Positions 63,105 to 64,000 of a stretch of DNA of 64,000 nucleotides are shown piece by piece. Position 1 is the first letter of the stretch. Every line of letters begins with the position of its first letter. The position numbers and the translations under genes were made by a program. The notes under the pieces are model-generated. The model was not told the origin of the DNA. It did no database searches and was given only the letters and a program-made list of their open reading frames with translations. The stretch spans positions 62,001 to 126,000 of the forward strand of contig NW_026860638.1 of assembly GCF_026571515.1 (NCBI RefSeq), written 5' to 3'. The DNA comes from Ruditapes philippinarum. Lineage: Eukaryota.

Positions 63105-64000
63105 TTCCATAACAAAATGCCTTTTCTAGACGTTATTCTAATATTACATAAAGCTAAAGCTTAACATCATGGAAGTTGGAAACACAGCTCCTTGTATTGT
63201 TTTAACATTTGTGCCACCTTTTCTTTTCAGGGCTATCACTTGATGACAGTCTGGAGTCTCGAAATCTGTTAGTGCTATTCGTTTTAATGAAACAATTCCC
63301 TTTATGGCTCTACTTCATTGGTTTTGCAGCATAGCAAAAAACAACACACGCAACAACATGCCCCCACGAATAAGAAGGTATAAAATATCCAGTCCATTAT
63401 GGTCACAGCGAGGGCGAACTTTATCAGGGACGTATCACAGCAATCACCCGAACCACCACAACCATCTATAACATCCGAGTAGTTTCCGAAAACCCAAACA
63501 CTTCCTGTAACATCCAGATATATAAAAAATAAATTACTCAGTAAAAGTAAAATGATCTTTTATCTGCATTAAATTTTGTTCTATTTTTTAAATTGTATTG
63601 TTTTTATTTTTGTTTGATAAAGTGTCTATATGTCAAACTTACAATATATTAACTTTTGCAACTTCCCTCTTCTTCCATATAAGCTATGCATTTACAACAA
63701 AAGAAGAAAAATAATGAGAAGAAAAAATAATAAAGAAACAGGCTCAGATTAAAATAGAAACACTTTTTTCTTGTGCATTTTTAAGCTCGATTCGAGTACA
63801 AAGCGTTGCAACGCTTTTCATTTTTTCTTCTTTTTGTGTCATTTTGCATAATAGAAATTATGATTCTGAGAACAACAGGATGTGGGTATTGTCGGAAAAT
63901 TGTCAGACCAGTAATTGGTCCAGACATGCATTAAATGATATTATATACAAAACTTGAAAACTATTTCCTGTTCCGCTTTGTTAAAAGAAACTCTGTAAAG
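63105..64000. mobile_element. Longer Kolobok-related element, copy 2 (runs off the window)
   Basis: Matches 44660-45575. Confidence 0.65.

Overview
AT-rich, repeat-dense eukaryotic genomic DNA. The repeat families (tRNA-derived SINEs, a Helentron-type element, Kolobok/IS3EU/Tc1-like MITEs) suggest a bivalve mollusc; this is inference. Three main components are present. (1) A young Mag-type Ty3/Gypsy LTR retrotransposon at about 13.16-18.35 kb, with near-identical ~208-bp LTRs, a tRNA-Ser(GCU) PBS and a PPT. (2) A multi-exon + strand M12B/ADAMTS(MIG-17)-like metalloprotease gene at about 25.8-38.5 kb or further, with an unusual HELGHNLGVYWHD zinc motif and a decayed partial duplicate at ~51.4 kb and 59.4-60.2 kb. 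(3) A complete Ngaro-type tyrosine-recombinase retrotransposon at about 52.31-59.23 kb, with A1-ORFs-B1-A2-B2 split direct repeats and gag-like, RT/RNaseH, YR and SGNH-hydrolase ORFs. The most interesting signals are in the Ngaro element. Gag and pol are in the same frame, separated by one TGA in a leaky TGA-CTG context. A phase-1 donor right after the Gag coiled coil matches phase-1 acceptors in front of both the YR and the SGNH ORFs. The 3' UTR carries two diverged copies of a three-hairpin motif with compensatory changes. A 2.4-kb TGT...ACA transposon with a provable 6-bp TSD, many subterminal repeats and an internal tRNA-like unit splits a 50-bp satellite. Several stretches are homopolymer-corrupted (unpolished) and there are two N gaps, so many frameshifts may be artefacts.
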